Assembly (NCBI GenBank): GCA_943356415.1
Contig: CALREW010000001.1
Location: forward strand, 16,528 to 80,527
Direction: 5' to 3'
Length of the DNA: 64,000 bases
DNA from: Candidatus Nomurabacteria bacterium
GTDB lineage: Bacteria; Patescibacteriota; Minisyncoccia; Phycocordibacterales; SBAW01
A program made the position numbers and the translations under genes. Each line of letters opens with the position of its first letter. The first letter of the stretch is position 1. Shown here piece after piece: positions 16,577 through 26,142 of the stretch. The notes beneath the pieces are model-generated. The model worked only from the letters and a program-made list of their open reading frames with translations, was not told where the DNA came from and searched no databases.

Positions 16577-17428
16577 ATGATAGTGCTACTAAAGCGGCTT
16601 TTTATGGATATCGAACAGCTCAACAAGACTCAAATCCTCCTCCTGACACTCCTCGTCTCGTTCGTGACGTCTATTGCGACTGGGATTGTCACAGTGTCTC
16701 TCATGGGTCAGGCACCCCAGGGTATAACCCAGACGGTGAATCGCATTGTTGAACGCACTGTTGAGAAGGTGGTGTCTGAGCCGGTGCGACACACTGCAGC
16801 GGTAGTGACGGGTTCTCAACCGCAGAGTTCAACTGAAACCACCGTGGTGGTTAAAGACGACGACCTCGCCGCTGATTCCATTGTGAAAGTCCAAGCCGCA
16901 ACGGTGCGTCTTGTTGAGAAGGGCGGTCCGGAGTCTTCCGCCTTTGCGCGCGGCATCATTGTTGACGCGTCAGGAGTTGTTGTTACGGATCGCGCAAGTA
17001 CGGACCCAAATCTTGGCGCTGAAGTGATACTTCCTTCAGGTGTACGTTTTTCGGTGAAACCGCGTCCACCAGTAGCAGGCGAGTCACTGCGTTTCTATGA
17101 CATCAACATGACTGGCACCAGTACGCCAAAACTCACCGCGCTTCCGCTGGCTGACATGAGTAAGTTACGTCTCGGACAGTCGGTCATTCGTATCGGCGGC
17201 CGTACTCGCGATAGCGTCGCACAGGGTGTCGTCTCGTCATTGCCTCAGAGTGGTCAGTCACTTATTGAAAGCACCGCAGAGAGCGTCACACCAGGAAGTC
17301 TACTCGTTACTATCTTTGGCGAGCTTGTCGGAATAACGACTGGAGAATCGCAAGCACAAGGTGCAACGTCATACACGCCAGTTACCGAAGTAGCTCAAGG
17401 TCTTGCTGAAGTTCGTTCGACAAAATAG
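16577..17428 (+). CDS. membrane-anchored trypsin-like (HtrA/S1C-like) protein, probably catalytically degenerate
   Basis: N-terminal TM; GIIVDASGVVVTD and GSLLVTIFGELVGITTG resemble HtrA beta-barrel segments, but the His and the GDSGG Ser are not recognisable. Confidence 0.45.
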   Translation: MIVLLKRLFMDIEQLNKTQILLLTLLVSFVTSIATGIVTVSLMGQAPQGITQTVNRIVERTVEKVVSEPVRHTAAVVTGSQPQSSTETTVVVKDDDLAADSIVKVQAATVRLVEKGGPESSAFARGIIVDASGVVVTDRASTDPNLGAEVILPSGVRFSVKPRPPVAGESLRFYDINMTGTSTPKLTALPLADMSKLRLGQSVIRIGGRTRDSVAQGVVSSLPQSGQSLIESTAESVTPGSLLVTIFGELVGITTGESQAQGATSYTPVTEVAQGLAEVRSTK

Positions 17429-17469
17429 GTCACCTCGGTCCGTCCCAAAAGGTTATACTTGAAAGAAAT

Positions 17470-20187
17470 ATGCCTCCTCCATTCAATCACTTCACTACTA
17501 AAGCAAAGGAAGCCGTGCGCAAAGCGCATGAGCTTGCAGTCGAACGCGGACAAAACCATGTGAGTCCGCTGCATTTGCTTGCCGCACTTATTTTGCAAGA
17601 AGAAAGTCTCGTTACAACAATACTGGAGCGTCTTGAAGTGGACGCAATGCATCTCTCCGACACGATACTTGAGTCACTCGAAGGACCTGACAACTCCTCA
17701 GTCCTTTCACCGTCATATCAGTTGTATTTAACCCCTGAGCTTGTGCAGGCACTTGAGCGCTCCGCAAAAGTGGCGACTGAACTGCACGACGAATTTGTTT
17801 CAACCGAGCATCTCCTTGTTGCGGTACTCGACGTTCCTGGTACGGCACGTGAATTGCTCGGACGTTTTCGTATCACGCGCGATGCGACTGTGCGAACGGT
17901 CAATGAATTGCGTACTGGTAAAACGCCTGAAGTTAAGGAGCAGAAGAAATTTCGCGCCATCGCTAAGTACACGCGCAGCCTTACCAAGATGGCGAGCGAG
18001 AACAAGCTTGACCCAGTCATTGGGCGCGATGACGAAATACAGCGCGTCATACAGATATTGAGCCGCCGCACCAAGAATAATCCGATATTGATCGGTGAAG
18101 CGGGCGTTGGAAAGACCGCCATTGCGGAGGGTCTTGCTTCACGCATCGCCCAAGGTGACGTGCCGGATTCTCTTCGCGACAAAGACCTCGTTGCCCTTGA
18201 CCTCGGTTCCCTTATTGCAGGTACGAAATACCGTGGCGAGTTCGAAGAGCGCCTCAAAGCCATCATGAAAGAAATTGAGCGCGCCGATGGCCGCATCATT
18301 CTCTTTATCGACGAAATACACACCATCGTTGGCGCTGGCGCCGCAGAAGGTGCCATGGATGCGTCAAACATGCTTAAGCCCGCCCTTGCGCGCGGCGAGA
18401 TACGCGTCATAGGGGCCACAACCCTTAAGGAGTATCAAAAGCATATCGAGCGTGATCCGGCGTTTCAGCGTCGCTTCCAGCCAGTGTATGTACAGGAACC
18501 ATCGCCCGAAGACGCTATTGCGATATTGCGTGGACTCAAGGAAAAGTACGAGCTCTTCCACGGGGTGCACATTACCGACGACGGCATCCTTGCTGCAGTC
18601 GCGCTTTCCAGTCGTTACATCCCTGACCGCTTTTTACCGGACAAGGCTATCGACCTCATCGATGAGGCGTCTTCGTCATTGCGTATCAGTCTCGAAAATA
18701 AGCCGCCAGTACTTGAAGAAGCGCATCGCAAGATAATGCGTCTTGAAGTTGAGAAAGAAGCGCTTAAGAAAGATGCTGAGTCTGAAGACGGGAAATCTGC
18801 CAAAGCGCGCATCAAGGTTATAGACCGCGACATTGCCGATCTTAAAGAGAAGACCGGTGAGATAGAGATGCGCTGGAAGAACGAGAAGCAGACGCTCGGC
18901 GAAATTAAAGCTATTAAGAAAGAACTTGAAAGTCTTCGCATCGAAGCTGACTCTGCTGAAGCGTCGGTTGACCTTGCGCGCGCTGCAGAGATTCGCTACG
19001 GAGAAATACCAGGTCTTACCCGTGAGCTTGATGCCAAGACCAAGCGTCTCAAGAAGCTACAATCCACGCGTCGCATCCTGAAGGAAGAAATTGGCGAGGC
19101 AGATATAGCGCTTGTGGTCGCAAAATGGACGGGCATACCAGTCTCGCGCATGCTTGAAGAAGAGGCTGAAAAGCTTTCACGTATGGAAGTGGTGCTCAAA
19201 GAGCGTGTCGTTGGTCAGGAAGAGGCAGTGCAAAAAGTAGCTGATGCGGTGAAGCGCTCGCGCGCCGGTATTGCCGACCCGAATCGTCCCATTGCTTCGT
19301 TTATTTTCCTTGGCCCTACGGGCGTTGGAAAGACCGAGCTCACCAAGACCCTCGCTGAGTTTATGTTTGACGACGAAAAGGCGCTTATACGCGTCGACAT
19401 GTCGGAATACATGGAGAAGCATTCGGTCTCGAAGATCATCGGTGCTCCTCCTGGCTATGTAGGACATGAAGAGGGAGGTTCGCTGACTGAACTGGTGCGT
19501 CATCGTCCGTACTCTGTCATTCTCTTTGACGAGATAGAAAAGGCGCACCCTGAAGTCTTCAACATATTGCTCCAAGTCCTCGACAATGGACAACTTACCG
19601 ATGCCAAGGGACGCAAAGCCAACTTCAAAAATACAGTCATCATCATGACCTCAAACATCGGTGCGCAGTACATCGACAAGATGGAACAACTTGGTTTTGC
19701 CACCCACGGCGATACCGATCAGGCAAACTACGTGCAGGCCAAAGACAAGGTTATGCAAGCGCTCAAAACTAGCTTCCGTCCTGAATTCATCAACCGCATC
19801 GACGAGATAATTATCTTCAACATCCTCTCGCCTGAGGCAATCAAGAATATTGTCACCATCCAGATAGCGGAAGTGGTAGCCCGCCTGCGCGCAAAAGACA
19901 TCACGCTTAGTGTGAGCCAAGCCGTGCTCACCTATCTTGCCAAAGAAGGATATAACCCACACTACGGAGCGCGCCCACTACGACGTCTTATTCAAGACAA
20001 GATACTCACTAAAGTTGCAACGCTCATGATAAGCAAGGGGCTTCTCAAGGGCGGTTCCATTGCTGTCGATATGAAAGGTGCGGAGTTTGTGTTCGACGTA
20101 AAAAAGGGCGGCAGAAAGGCCAGCCTGTCCGGCAGACAGGTAAAGAGCCCTGAAGGGATACTTGAGGAAGGGAAGGTAAGCGCGTAA
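17470..20187 (+). CDS. clpB: ATP-dependent chaperone ClpB
   Basis: Two AAA+ modules ([15 protein letters not shown] and [15 protein letters not shown]), Clp_N repeats, a long middle coiled-coil, the ClpB C-terminal D2-small domain. Confidence 0.9.
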   Translation: MPPPFNHFTTKAKEAVRKAHELAVERGQNHVSPLHLLAALILQEESLVTTILERLEVDAMHLSDTILESLEGPDNSSVLSPSYQLYLTPELVQALERSAKVATELHDEFVSTEHLLVAVLDVPGTARELLGRFRITRDATVRTVNELRTGKTPEVKEQKKFRAIAKYTRSLTKMASENKLDPVIGRDDEIQRVIQILSRRTKNNPILIGEAGVGKTAIAEGLASRIAQGDVPDSLRDKDLVALDLGSLIAGTKYRGEFEERLKAIMKEIERADGRIILFIDEIHTIVGAGAAEGAMDASNMLKPALARGEIRVIGATTLKEYQKHIERDPAFQRRFQPVYVQEPSPEDAIAILRGLKEKYELFHGVHITDDGILAAVALSSRYIPDRFLPDKAIDLIDEASSSLRISLENKPPVLEEAHRKIMRLEVEKEALKKDAESEDGKSAKARIKVIDRDIADLKEKTGEIEMRWKNEKQTLGEIKAIKKELESLRIEADSAEASVDLARAAEIRYGEIPGLTRELDAKTKRLKKLQSTRRILKEEIGEADIALVVAKWTGIPVSRMLEEEAEKLSRMEVVLKERVVGQEEAVQKVADAVKRSRAGIADPNRPIASFIFLGPTGVGKTELTKTLAEFMFDDEKALIRVDMSEYMEKHSVSKIIGAPPGYVGHEEGGSLTELVRHRPYSVILFDEIEKAHPEVFNILLQVLDNGQLTDAKGRKANFKNTVIIMTSNIGAQYIDKMEQLGFATHGDTDQANYVQAKDKVMQALKTSFRPEFINRIDEIIIFNILSPEAIKNIVTIQIAEVVARLRAKDITLSVSQAVLTYLAKEGYNPHYGARPLRRLIQDKILTKVATLMISKGLLKGGSIAVDMKGAEFVFDVKKGGRKASLSGRQVKSPEGILEEGKVSA

Positions 20188-20226
20188 TATGCAGTAGACC
20201 CGCTATAGGCGGGTTTATGCATTGTT

Positions 20227-20310
20227 GCGTCGGTGGCGGAGTGGTCAATCGCATCTGACTGTAAATCAGACGCCCTAGCGGCTACGCAGGTTCGAATCCT
20301 GCCCGGCGCA
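20227..20310 (+). tRNA. tRNA-Tyr(GTA), type II
   Basis: Acceptor GCGTCGG/CCGGCGC, anticodon stem TCTGA/TCAGA with loop CTGTAAA, long variable arm, T-loop TTCGAAT. Confidence 0.8.
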
Positions 20311-20313
20311 CAA

Positions 20314-20352
20314 AGACAGAAACACCTGCCCTTCGGCAGGTGTTTCTGTTCC
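20314..20352 (+). terminator. rho-independent terminator after tRNA-Tyr
   Basis: agacagaaacacctgcc-cttc-ggcaggtgtttctgt hairpin followed by a T-rich tail. Confidence 0.7.
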
Positions 20353-20391
20353 GTGTATCCTTTTTCGCTTACTTGAGGTTAGTATGAGGAT

Positions 20392-21219
20392 ATGAAAGCT
20401 CGGTACACCTACGTCAATGGCAAGATACTGCCACACGAAAAAGCGGTTATTCGAGTCGACGATATTGGCATCTCTCGAGCATTTGGAGTCTATGACGGGA
20501 TTATGACCTATAAGGGGCGGCCATTTGAGATGACCAAGCACTACGCGCGCTTGTCGCGCTCGGCTAAACGTATGGGTCTACGTGTTCCTGTGTCGGGTAA
20601 AGAACTGGAACGCATCATTCTCACTTTGGTAAAGAAAAACTCTTTTAAAAACCCGATAGTCCGGGTGCTTCTCACTGGAGGAACCACGTTGCGCGGTATC
20701 GACTTCAATCCTATGAAACCAACGTTTATTGTTTTGCTTGAAGAACTTTCACAGCCCTCCGCAGCTGCGTATAAAACTGGTGTGCGTGTCATCACGCATG
20801 AGTACGAGCGACAGATACCGGAAGCAAAAACTATCAACTATATCGCCGCGGTGCGTTTGCAAGGCGCTATGCGAAAGGCAAAAGCAACTGAAGCCATCTA
20901 CACCTTAAAAAACAATGCGCTTGAGGCGACGACGAGCAACCTTTTTATCGTAAAGGCCGGTCAAATAATCACACCCAAAGACGGCATCCTCAACGGGATC
21001 ACACGCCAGGTGGTTATTGCACTTGCAAAGAAGCACTATACGGTCGTTGAGCGAGCAATTTCAATACGAGAGATGCTTTCTGCTGACGAAGTCTTTTTGA
21101 CGTCAAGTTTTAAGGAAGTGCTTCCCGTCTCGCATATAGACAAAAAGGCTCTAGGGAAGCCAGGGCCAGTGACAAAGGACCTCGCAGAGCGGTTCGCCCA
21201 ATATACGGCACGGGCCTAA
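20392..21219 (+). CDS. class IV aminotransferase (branched-chain / D-amino-acid aminotransferase family)
   Basis: Fold-type IV PLP-enzyme pattern, including EATTSNLFIVK and GITRQVVI. Confidence 0.7.
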   Translation: MKARYTYVNGKILPHEKAVIRVDDIGISRAFGVYDGIMTYKGRPFEMTKHYARLSRSAKRMGLRVPVSGKELERIILTLVKKNSFKNPIVRVLLTGGTTLRGIDFNPMKPTFIVLLEELSQPSAAAYKTGVRVITHEYERQIPEAKTINYIAAVRLQGAMRKAKATEAIYTLKNNALEATTSNLFIVKAGQIITPKDGILNGITRQVVIALAKKHYTVVERAISIREMLSADEVFLTSSFKEVLPVSHIDKKALGKPGPVTKDLAERFAQYTARA

Positions 21220-21262
21220 AACGGTTGCGAAAAAGGGTCCGATATCGTATAGTCTCCCCGTT

Positions 21263-21421
21263 ATGTCACAAGACCGCCTCATCAAACTCGCCTGCAATAC
21301 CTGCAAGCGCATCAACTATTGGTCAAGCAAGAATAAGAAGCTTGTCACGCGCAAGATTGAGCTCAAGAAGTATTGCCGTTGGTGTAAGAAAAACACCGTG
21401 CACAAGGAGGCAAAGAAATAG
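21263..21421 (+). CDS. rpmG: 50S ribosomal protein L33
   Basis: 52 aa product MSQDRLIKLACNTCKRINYWSSKNKKLVTRKIELKKYCRWCKKNTVHKEAKK with the L33 C-x2-C...C-x2-C pattern; missing from the ORF track because it is under 60 aa; the overlapping track ORF 21225-21473 is spurious. Confidence 0.85.
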   Translation: MSQDRLIKLACNTCKRINYWSSKNKKLVTRKIELKKYCRWCKKNTVHKEAKK

Positions 21422-21572
21422 TTCCTCCAAACTTCTCAAAAACGCGCTCCCACCGGGGCGCGTTTTGCGGTAAAGGTCCACGTGGTGAACCTTTGTTCCA
21501 ACTTCGCTCGGCAGAAATGTATGCCCGCACACATTTCCTGTTCCTCGCTCGTTGGAGTAAGCTTCTCTCTAC

Positions 21573-21643
21573 GGGCGATTAGTTAAATGGTATAACAGCG
21601 GTCTCCAAAACCGCTATTGGGGGTTCGATTCCCTCATCGCCCG
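21573..21643 (+). tRNA. tRNA-Trp(CCA)
   Basis: Acceptor GGGCGAT/ATCGCCC, anticodon stem GCGGT/ACCGC with loop CTCCAAA, T-loop TTCGATT. Confidence 0.85.
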
Positions 21644-21649
21644 CAAATA

Positions 21650-21682
21650 CAAAAAAGACCCTGCGACTAGGGTCTTTTTTGT
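21650..21682 (+). terminator. rho-independent terminator after tRNA-Trp
   Basis: aaaaaagaccc-tgcgacta-gggtctttttt. Confidence 0.75.
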
Positions 21683-21800
21683 ATTCGGCGTTGAGCAAAC
21701 CGACTGCTCGGTTTGCGCAGCGGAATCGAAGGCCGGAACCATGTCGCCCTCAGGCGACAGGTGAGGCGGGGTCGCGACCGAGCCGAGCGACGGCGAGGTG

Positions 21801-21930
21801 AGAGTTGTGACCGATTCCCTCATCGCCCACTATGGCTAAGAGGAGAAATGTCGCGGCGGCGCATTTCGAGCTCTTAGCCGATTCCCAAGTTGGCGCGAAC
21901 CCAGAGTTGTGACCGATTCCCGCCATCCAC
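21801..21930 (+). repeat. direct repeats of the tRNA-Trp 3' end (agagttgtgaccgattccc...), at 21801-21828 and 21903-21930, with a third partial copy at 21876
   Basis: tRNA 3' end cgattccctcatcgccc recurs as gaccgattccctcatcgccc and gaccgattcccgccatccac. Confidence 0.75.
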
Positions 21931-21978
21931 AGCACAAGCATTTAGTAGCGCAGAGAGTAATTCCTCACGCTATACTGA

Positions 21979-22923
21979 TTGCATCGTATGACCCAGAGGT
22001 TTGAATCTTTTCTCGTACCGATGGTCGTGCTGCTTATTGCTGCATTTGTTTTTCTCTCACCAGAGCTCGCTTTTGCACAGCAAGGTATCGTGGCGCAATG
22101 TACCGGCATCAATTGCCAGCTTTGTAATCTTTTTGGCCTGTTTAATAACGTGATCCAATACTCGATTTTCGTTGCAAGCGTTATCGCGGCGATTATGTTT
22201 GCGTGGGCGGGTGCATTGTTTGTATTTGCGATGGGCGATCCAGGTAAGATTGCGAGTGCTAAACATATATTTGCAACCGTATTAACCGGGTACATTATCG
22301 CGCTTGTTGCGGTGATTGGACTCGACACTCTCATAAATGTAATCGCGAACAATGGCTTTAAGTGGAGAAGCGTTCAGTGCGTCAGTGGGCGCATAACGAG
22401 CGGTGGACTGACTTTTAACGAAACACCTATCATTATTGTTTCTAAAACTAACGGTTGGGTGAGTCCAGAAATGAATGAACTGTATAACTCAGCGACAGGT
22501 CAGCGTTTTACTGACGTAGGTCAGGCTGCCATTGCACTTATAGGTGAGCTCGTGTCGAAGGACGGCAGATCTCCCCCCGAGACCCAAAACGGAAATTTAG
22601 CTTGCGCATGGGCAGTGAATCAGATTCTTGCCAAGGCAGGGTATGACACTATTGATAACCTGAGTGTTCCTGATATGTACCGAATACTCAAGACTGAAGG
22701 CAGAGGGGAGCTTGTCCCAATAGAACAAGCGCAACCTGGAGATATCGCGATACGAGGCGATATAGGTCACGTGGGTATATGTACAAAACCCGGATGCGCC
22801 ACGGTAGCTTCGAATTCCTCGTCGGAGGGAGTCCTTAGAAATCAGGGCGAAACAGATTTTCAAAGGAATCAACATGGTGTAAAAACTCCCACTCTGGTGT
22901 ATAGGCCAACAAAAACAAGATGA
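21979..22923 (+). CDS. fusion protein: TrbC/VirB2-like pilin N-terminal domain plus C-terminal CHAP-like (Cys/His amidase-peptidase) domain
   Basis: N-terminus has a signal peptide and two TM helices homologous to the 2239-3816 paralogs; C-terminus has GNLACAWAVNQ (Cys) and GDIGHVGIC (His) spaced as in CHAP domains. Confidence 0.5.
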   Translation: MHRMTQRFESFLVPMVVLLIAAFVFLSPELAFAQQGIVAQCTGINCQLCNLFGLFNNVIQYSIFVASVIAAIMFAWAGALFVFAMGDPGKIASAKHIFATVLTGYIIALVAVIGLDTLINVIANNGFKWRSVQCVSGRITSGGLTFNETPIIIVSKTNGWVSPEMNELYNSATGQRFTDVGQAAIALIGELVSKDGRSPPETQNGNLACAWAVNQILAKAGYDTIDNLSVPDMYRILKTEGRGELVPIEQAQPGDIAIRGDIGHVGICTKPGCATVASNSSSEGVLRNQGETDFQRNQHGVKTPTLVYRPTKTR

Positions 22924-23543
22924 AATTCGTACCCATTATTTTTGCATGTTTGGCACTTGCTGTGGGAGTTTTCTACGGCCTCTTCAAACTTCACTCCTCA
23001 CAGCCTATCGAAGAAGCTCCTTCCCAAACAGGAACTGACGGTGACGGATTCTACACGTCCCGTCCCGGCGTCAATGATCAAGGCTCCAACCCGATTTCTG
23101 TGGGAACGCCACAAGAAGAAAATTTTGTTGTCATTACACGCAGTAGCAGCAGCGCGTCATCTGGAGTGGTGCTTGTCCAGCCTAAACAGCCAACCATTGA
23201 ACAGCCAGCACTCGCTCAGAAAGATCCTGCGGCAGTAAAGCAGAAAGGGGACGAGGCCTTTAATGCGGAAGTATCTGGCTCAAGTGCAATTACGGCATCA
23301 AGTCCAAGTGCAACGATAGGCAAAGGAGTTGTTGTAGTGTCGAATTACGCACTGTATTTGTGGAGTGATGAAAATAGCGGGGGCGAAGCGTTGTTTAGCA
23401 TATCGTCCTCGGGCGCGTGGAAGCTCCTATCGATGGGGGGAGGTGTCTGGAGTGCTGAGGGCTTGGTGAAATTTGGAGTGCCATCAGCCATCGCGTCGCA
23501 GTTGGTTTCAAATAAGCCGTGGGGCAAAGCAAACAAGATCTAG
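22920..23543 (+). CDS. membrane-anchored hypothetical protein (Ser/Ala-rich)
   Basis: N-terminal TM helix, low-complexity Ser-rich linker, C-terminal beta-rich domain; ATGA-coupled to the upstream gene. Confidence 0.45.
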   Translation: MKFVPIIFACLALAVGVFYGLFKLHSSQPIEEAPSQTGTDGDGFYTSRPGVNDQGSNPISVGTPQEENFVVITRSSSSASSGVVLVQPKQPTIEQPALAQKDPAAVKQKGDEAFNAEVSGSSAITASSPSATIGKGVVVVSNYALYLWSDENSGGEALFSISSSGAWKLLSMGGGVWSAEGLVKFGVPSAIASQLVSNKPWGKANKI

Positions 23544-24449
23544 CTACTGTTTTAAGAAGGCTCGACTTGTCCGAAGGGCACGCTTTGTATCGCTCGGTGA
23601 TATCCAACTTATTTTTTTATCGCGCTTAAACCAGGTCTTTTGACGTTTTGCGTAGTGCACAATCTCAGTAAATAGTTGCAATTCCATTTCGCGTTTCGAA
23701 ATGCGCCCCTGTAGGTGACGCGCCATATAACGATATTCAAGACCAAGTTCCTCCATCCGCTTCCACGAAAGGCCGCTCGCGTGGAGTTTTCTTGCCTCAC
23801 GGAGCATTCCTGCGCGCAGGCGTGCCTGCAAACGTGTTTTTATACGCTTCTCCAAAATTTCTTGTGAAAGGGTAAGCCCGATGGTGAGAGTCTGATATGG
23901 CTCGTTTGAAACTACTTTCGGGACCTTGCCCAAAGCAGTTGCTATCTCTATAGCGCGGATAAGACGCGCGGGATTACGGCGGTCGATACTTCTGGCTCGT
24001 GTCGGGTCAAGTTTCTTCAGTTGTTTATAAAGTTCTGTTGCATTCTTTTTTGAAAGTTTGGCGCGTAGCACTTTGTTTGGAGGAACCTCGGGTGTAGATA
24101 TGCGACCCAAAAGCATGTCGAGATAGAAGCCGGTGCCGCCACATAGTATGGGGATGTTGCCTCTATTAAGTATCTCGCCTATTGCTCTGCGTGCGTCACT
24201 GGTAAACGTAGAAGCAGTGTAGGTCTGCTTTGGGGATGCAATATCAAGCATGTGATGGGGAACGCCCCCCATTTCTTTTTTAGTCACTTTGCCAGTGCCG
24301 AGGTTCAGTCCTCGATACACTTGCCGAGAGTCTACCGACACAACCTCGCCTCCAAGACTTTTGGCCAACTGGATTGAAAATGCTGTTTTCCCCGTTGAAG
24401 TAGCTCCAACGACGGCTATAAGCTTAGGTTTTTGGGCGTTTGCTGGCAT
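23544..24449 (-). CDS. miaA: tRNA dimethylallyltransferase
   Basis: P-loop VVGATSTGKTAFSIQLA and the remaining MiaA pattern. Confidence 0.85.
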   Translation of the reverse strand: MPANAQKPKLIAVVGATSTGKTAFSIQLAKSLGGEVVSVDSRQVYRGLNLGTGKVTKKEMGGVPHHMLDIASPKQTYTASTFTSDARRAIGEILNRGNIPILCGGTGFYLDMLLGRISTPEVPPNKVLRAKLSKKNATELYKQLKKLDPTRARSIDRRNPARLIRAIEIATALGKVPKVVSNEPYQTLTIGLTLSQEILEKRIKTRLQARLRAGMLREARKLHASGLSWKRMEELGLEYRYMARHLQGRISKREMELQLFTEIVHYAKRQKTWFKRDKKISWISPSDTKRALRTSRAFLKQ

Positions 24450-24488
24450 GGTATATTGCGTAGGTACACCTTAATTGACCATCCATCT

Positions 24489-25094
24489 ATGAACAAATGC
24501 GAATCGAATTGCGACTGTGCGTGTCATGCGATGCCGCCGAGGGTAGGTGAGAAGGTCGGTGATTTTACGTTTGATATCTACCACAAGGGTGATGACAGTA
24601 AAACGTCGCTCGCAAACTACAAAGGCAAATGGTTGATTCTCTTTTTCTACCCGGCTGACTTTACGTTTGTTTGCCCAACCGAGCTTGAGGATATGGCAAA
24701 CCACTACGAGCAGTTTAAAAAGGAAGGAGCAGAAGTTATCTCAGTATCGACCGACACGGTGTTTGTGCACAAAGCCTGGCACGATACCTCTGACTCAATA
24801 AAGAAAATCGAATTCCCGATGGCGGCCGACACTGATCATAAATTGTCCACGGCGTTCGGTGTTCTACGTGAGAGCGGTCTTTCTGACCGAGGCTCGTTCA
24901 TTATTGACCCTGAAGGAACGCTGCAAGTTATGGAAGTAACTGCTGAAGGTGTTGGTCGCAATGCAGCTGAATTACTTCGCAAACTTCAGGCAGCACGCTT
25001 CGTACACGAGCACGGCAACAATGTCTGTCCGGCAAATTGGAAACCGGGTGGAGAGACTCTTGAGCCGGGAATGGATCTTGTTGGAAAGATATAA
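24489..25094 (+). CDS. peroxiredoxin (AhpC/Prx1-type 2-Cys) with a Cys-rich N-terminal extension
   Basis: DFTFVCPTEL peroxidatic-Cys motif; the resolving Cys near the C-terminus (NVCPANW); the extension MNKCESNCDCACHA precedes the fold. Confidence 0.8.
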   Translation: MNKCESNCDCACHAMPPRVGEKVGDFTFDIYHKGDDSKTSLANYKGKWLILFFYPADFTFVCPTELEDMANHYEQFKKEGAEVISVSTDTVFVHKAWHDTSDSIKKIEFPMAADTDHKLSTAFGVLRESGLSDRGSFIIDPEGTLQVMEVTAEGVGRNAAELLRKLQAARFVHEHGNNVCPANWKPGGETLEPGMDLVGKI

Positions 25095-25105
25095 CGGCAC
25101 GTCCT

Positions 25106-25148
25106 AAAACGAAACACGCCGCCCCGAAGGGCGGCGGTTTTGTTTCGG
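25106..25148. terminator. bidirectional terminator between the convergent prx and pyrF
   Basis: aaaacgaaacacgccgccc-cgaa-gggcggcggttttgtttcgg. Confidence 0.7.
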
Positions 25149-25174
25149 CTGCTTGTGAGGCGCGATTCGTTTAT

Positions 25175-26107
25175 CTATCGCGGAATTGAAGCAGTGAGTG
25201 CCGCCTGAGCGGCACGGTCGTAGGTTGCGAACGCCATAGGAGGGTTTTCAGCGTACATGATGCCAGAGCCGATATTGATGAGCAGGCCCTGAGCACCTTT
25301 GCCGGCGATGATACCACCGCGGACGGTGGCTTCCAGGTCACCGCCTTGGGTGCCAACGCCGGGCGCTAGAATCGGAGCATCTCCCGCGAGAAGTCGCACC
25401 TGGGCGAGTTCCTGAGGATAGGTTGCGCCGACCACCAACCCGCAGTTGCCGTTCTTGTTCCAGTGGCTGGCAATACGGTGCGCCACCAGATGGTAGAGCG
25501 GGACCGTGGCACCTTCCATCAGGCCAAGATCAACCGCCTCTTGCGGTTCGAGGGCGACGTGACGATTCTGGAACTCGCCCGAGCCGGGATTGCTGGTCTT
25601 GCAAAGGAAGAACAGCAGCATGTCTGACAGCTCAAGAAATGGAGCGGTGGCGTCCATGCCCAGGTACGGGTGGAGCGTCACGCCATCGACCTGGAAGTAT
25701 TCGACGGCTTCGCGGACATAGCCGGCGTTAGTGGCACCGATATCGCCGCGCTTGAAGTCGAGGATGATCGGGACGTCTTTTTCCCGACCACGCAGGTACT
25801 CGATCAGCATCTTCAGCTGGATGATGCCTGCGTGGCCCCAGCCTTCGAAGAAAGCGAGATTGGGTTTGTAGGCGAGGGCGCGGCCGTGCGATGCCTGGAC
25901 GCTGCGCATGCAGTGCTCCCAGATGTAGGGCACTGCTTGCTCGGGAGCACCTGCCTGGAGCTCCTTCGGCATGCGTTTTGCGTCCGGGTCGAGCCCGACG
26001 CAGATGAGCCGGTTGTCTGCCCACCCTGCCTTGAGGCGCTCGAGCGCCCGATTAGTCTTCTTCAGATAAGCCTCCGATCCGGACGGTTCGTGTCCGCAGG
26101 CAATCAT
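25175..26107 (-). CDS. pyrF: orotidine 5'-phosphate decarboxylase, type 2 (high-GC)
   Basis: ICVGLDP and ILDFKRGDIGATN motifs; start taken as MIACGHEPSG at 26107; the ORF-track N-terminal extension to 26518 is a GC-driven artefact that would overlap parB. Confidence 0.7.
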   Translation of the reverse strand: MIACGHEPSGSEAYLKKTNRALERLKAGWADNRLICVGLDPDAKRMPKELQAGAPEQAVPYIWEHCMRSVQASHGRALAYKPNLAFFEGWGHAGIIQLKMLIEYLRGREKDVPIILDFKRGDIGATNAGYVREAVEYFQVDGVTLHPYLGMDATAPFLELSDMLLFFLCKTSNPGSGEFQNRHVALEPQEAVDLGLMEGATVPLYHLVAHRIASHWNKNGNCGLVVGATYPQELAQVRLLAGDAPILAPGVGTQGGDLEATVRGGIIAGKGAQGLLINIGSGIMYAENPPMAFATYDRAAQAALTASIPR

Positions 26108-26142
26108 GCAAAAGGAAGTACGAAAGGTCAAACCTGTTTTAC

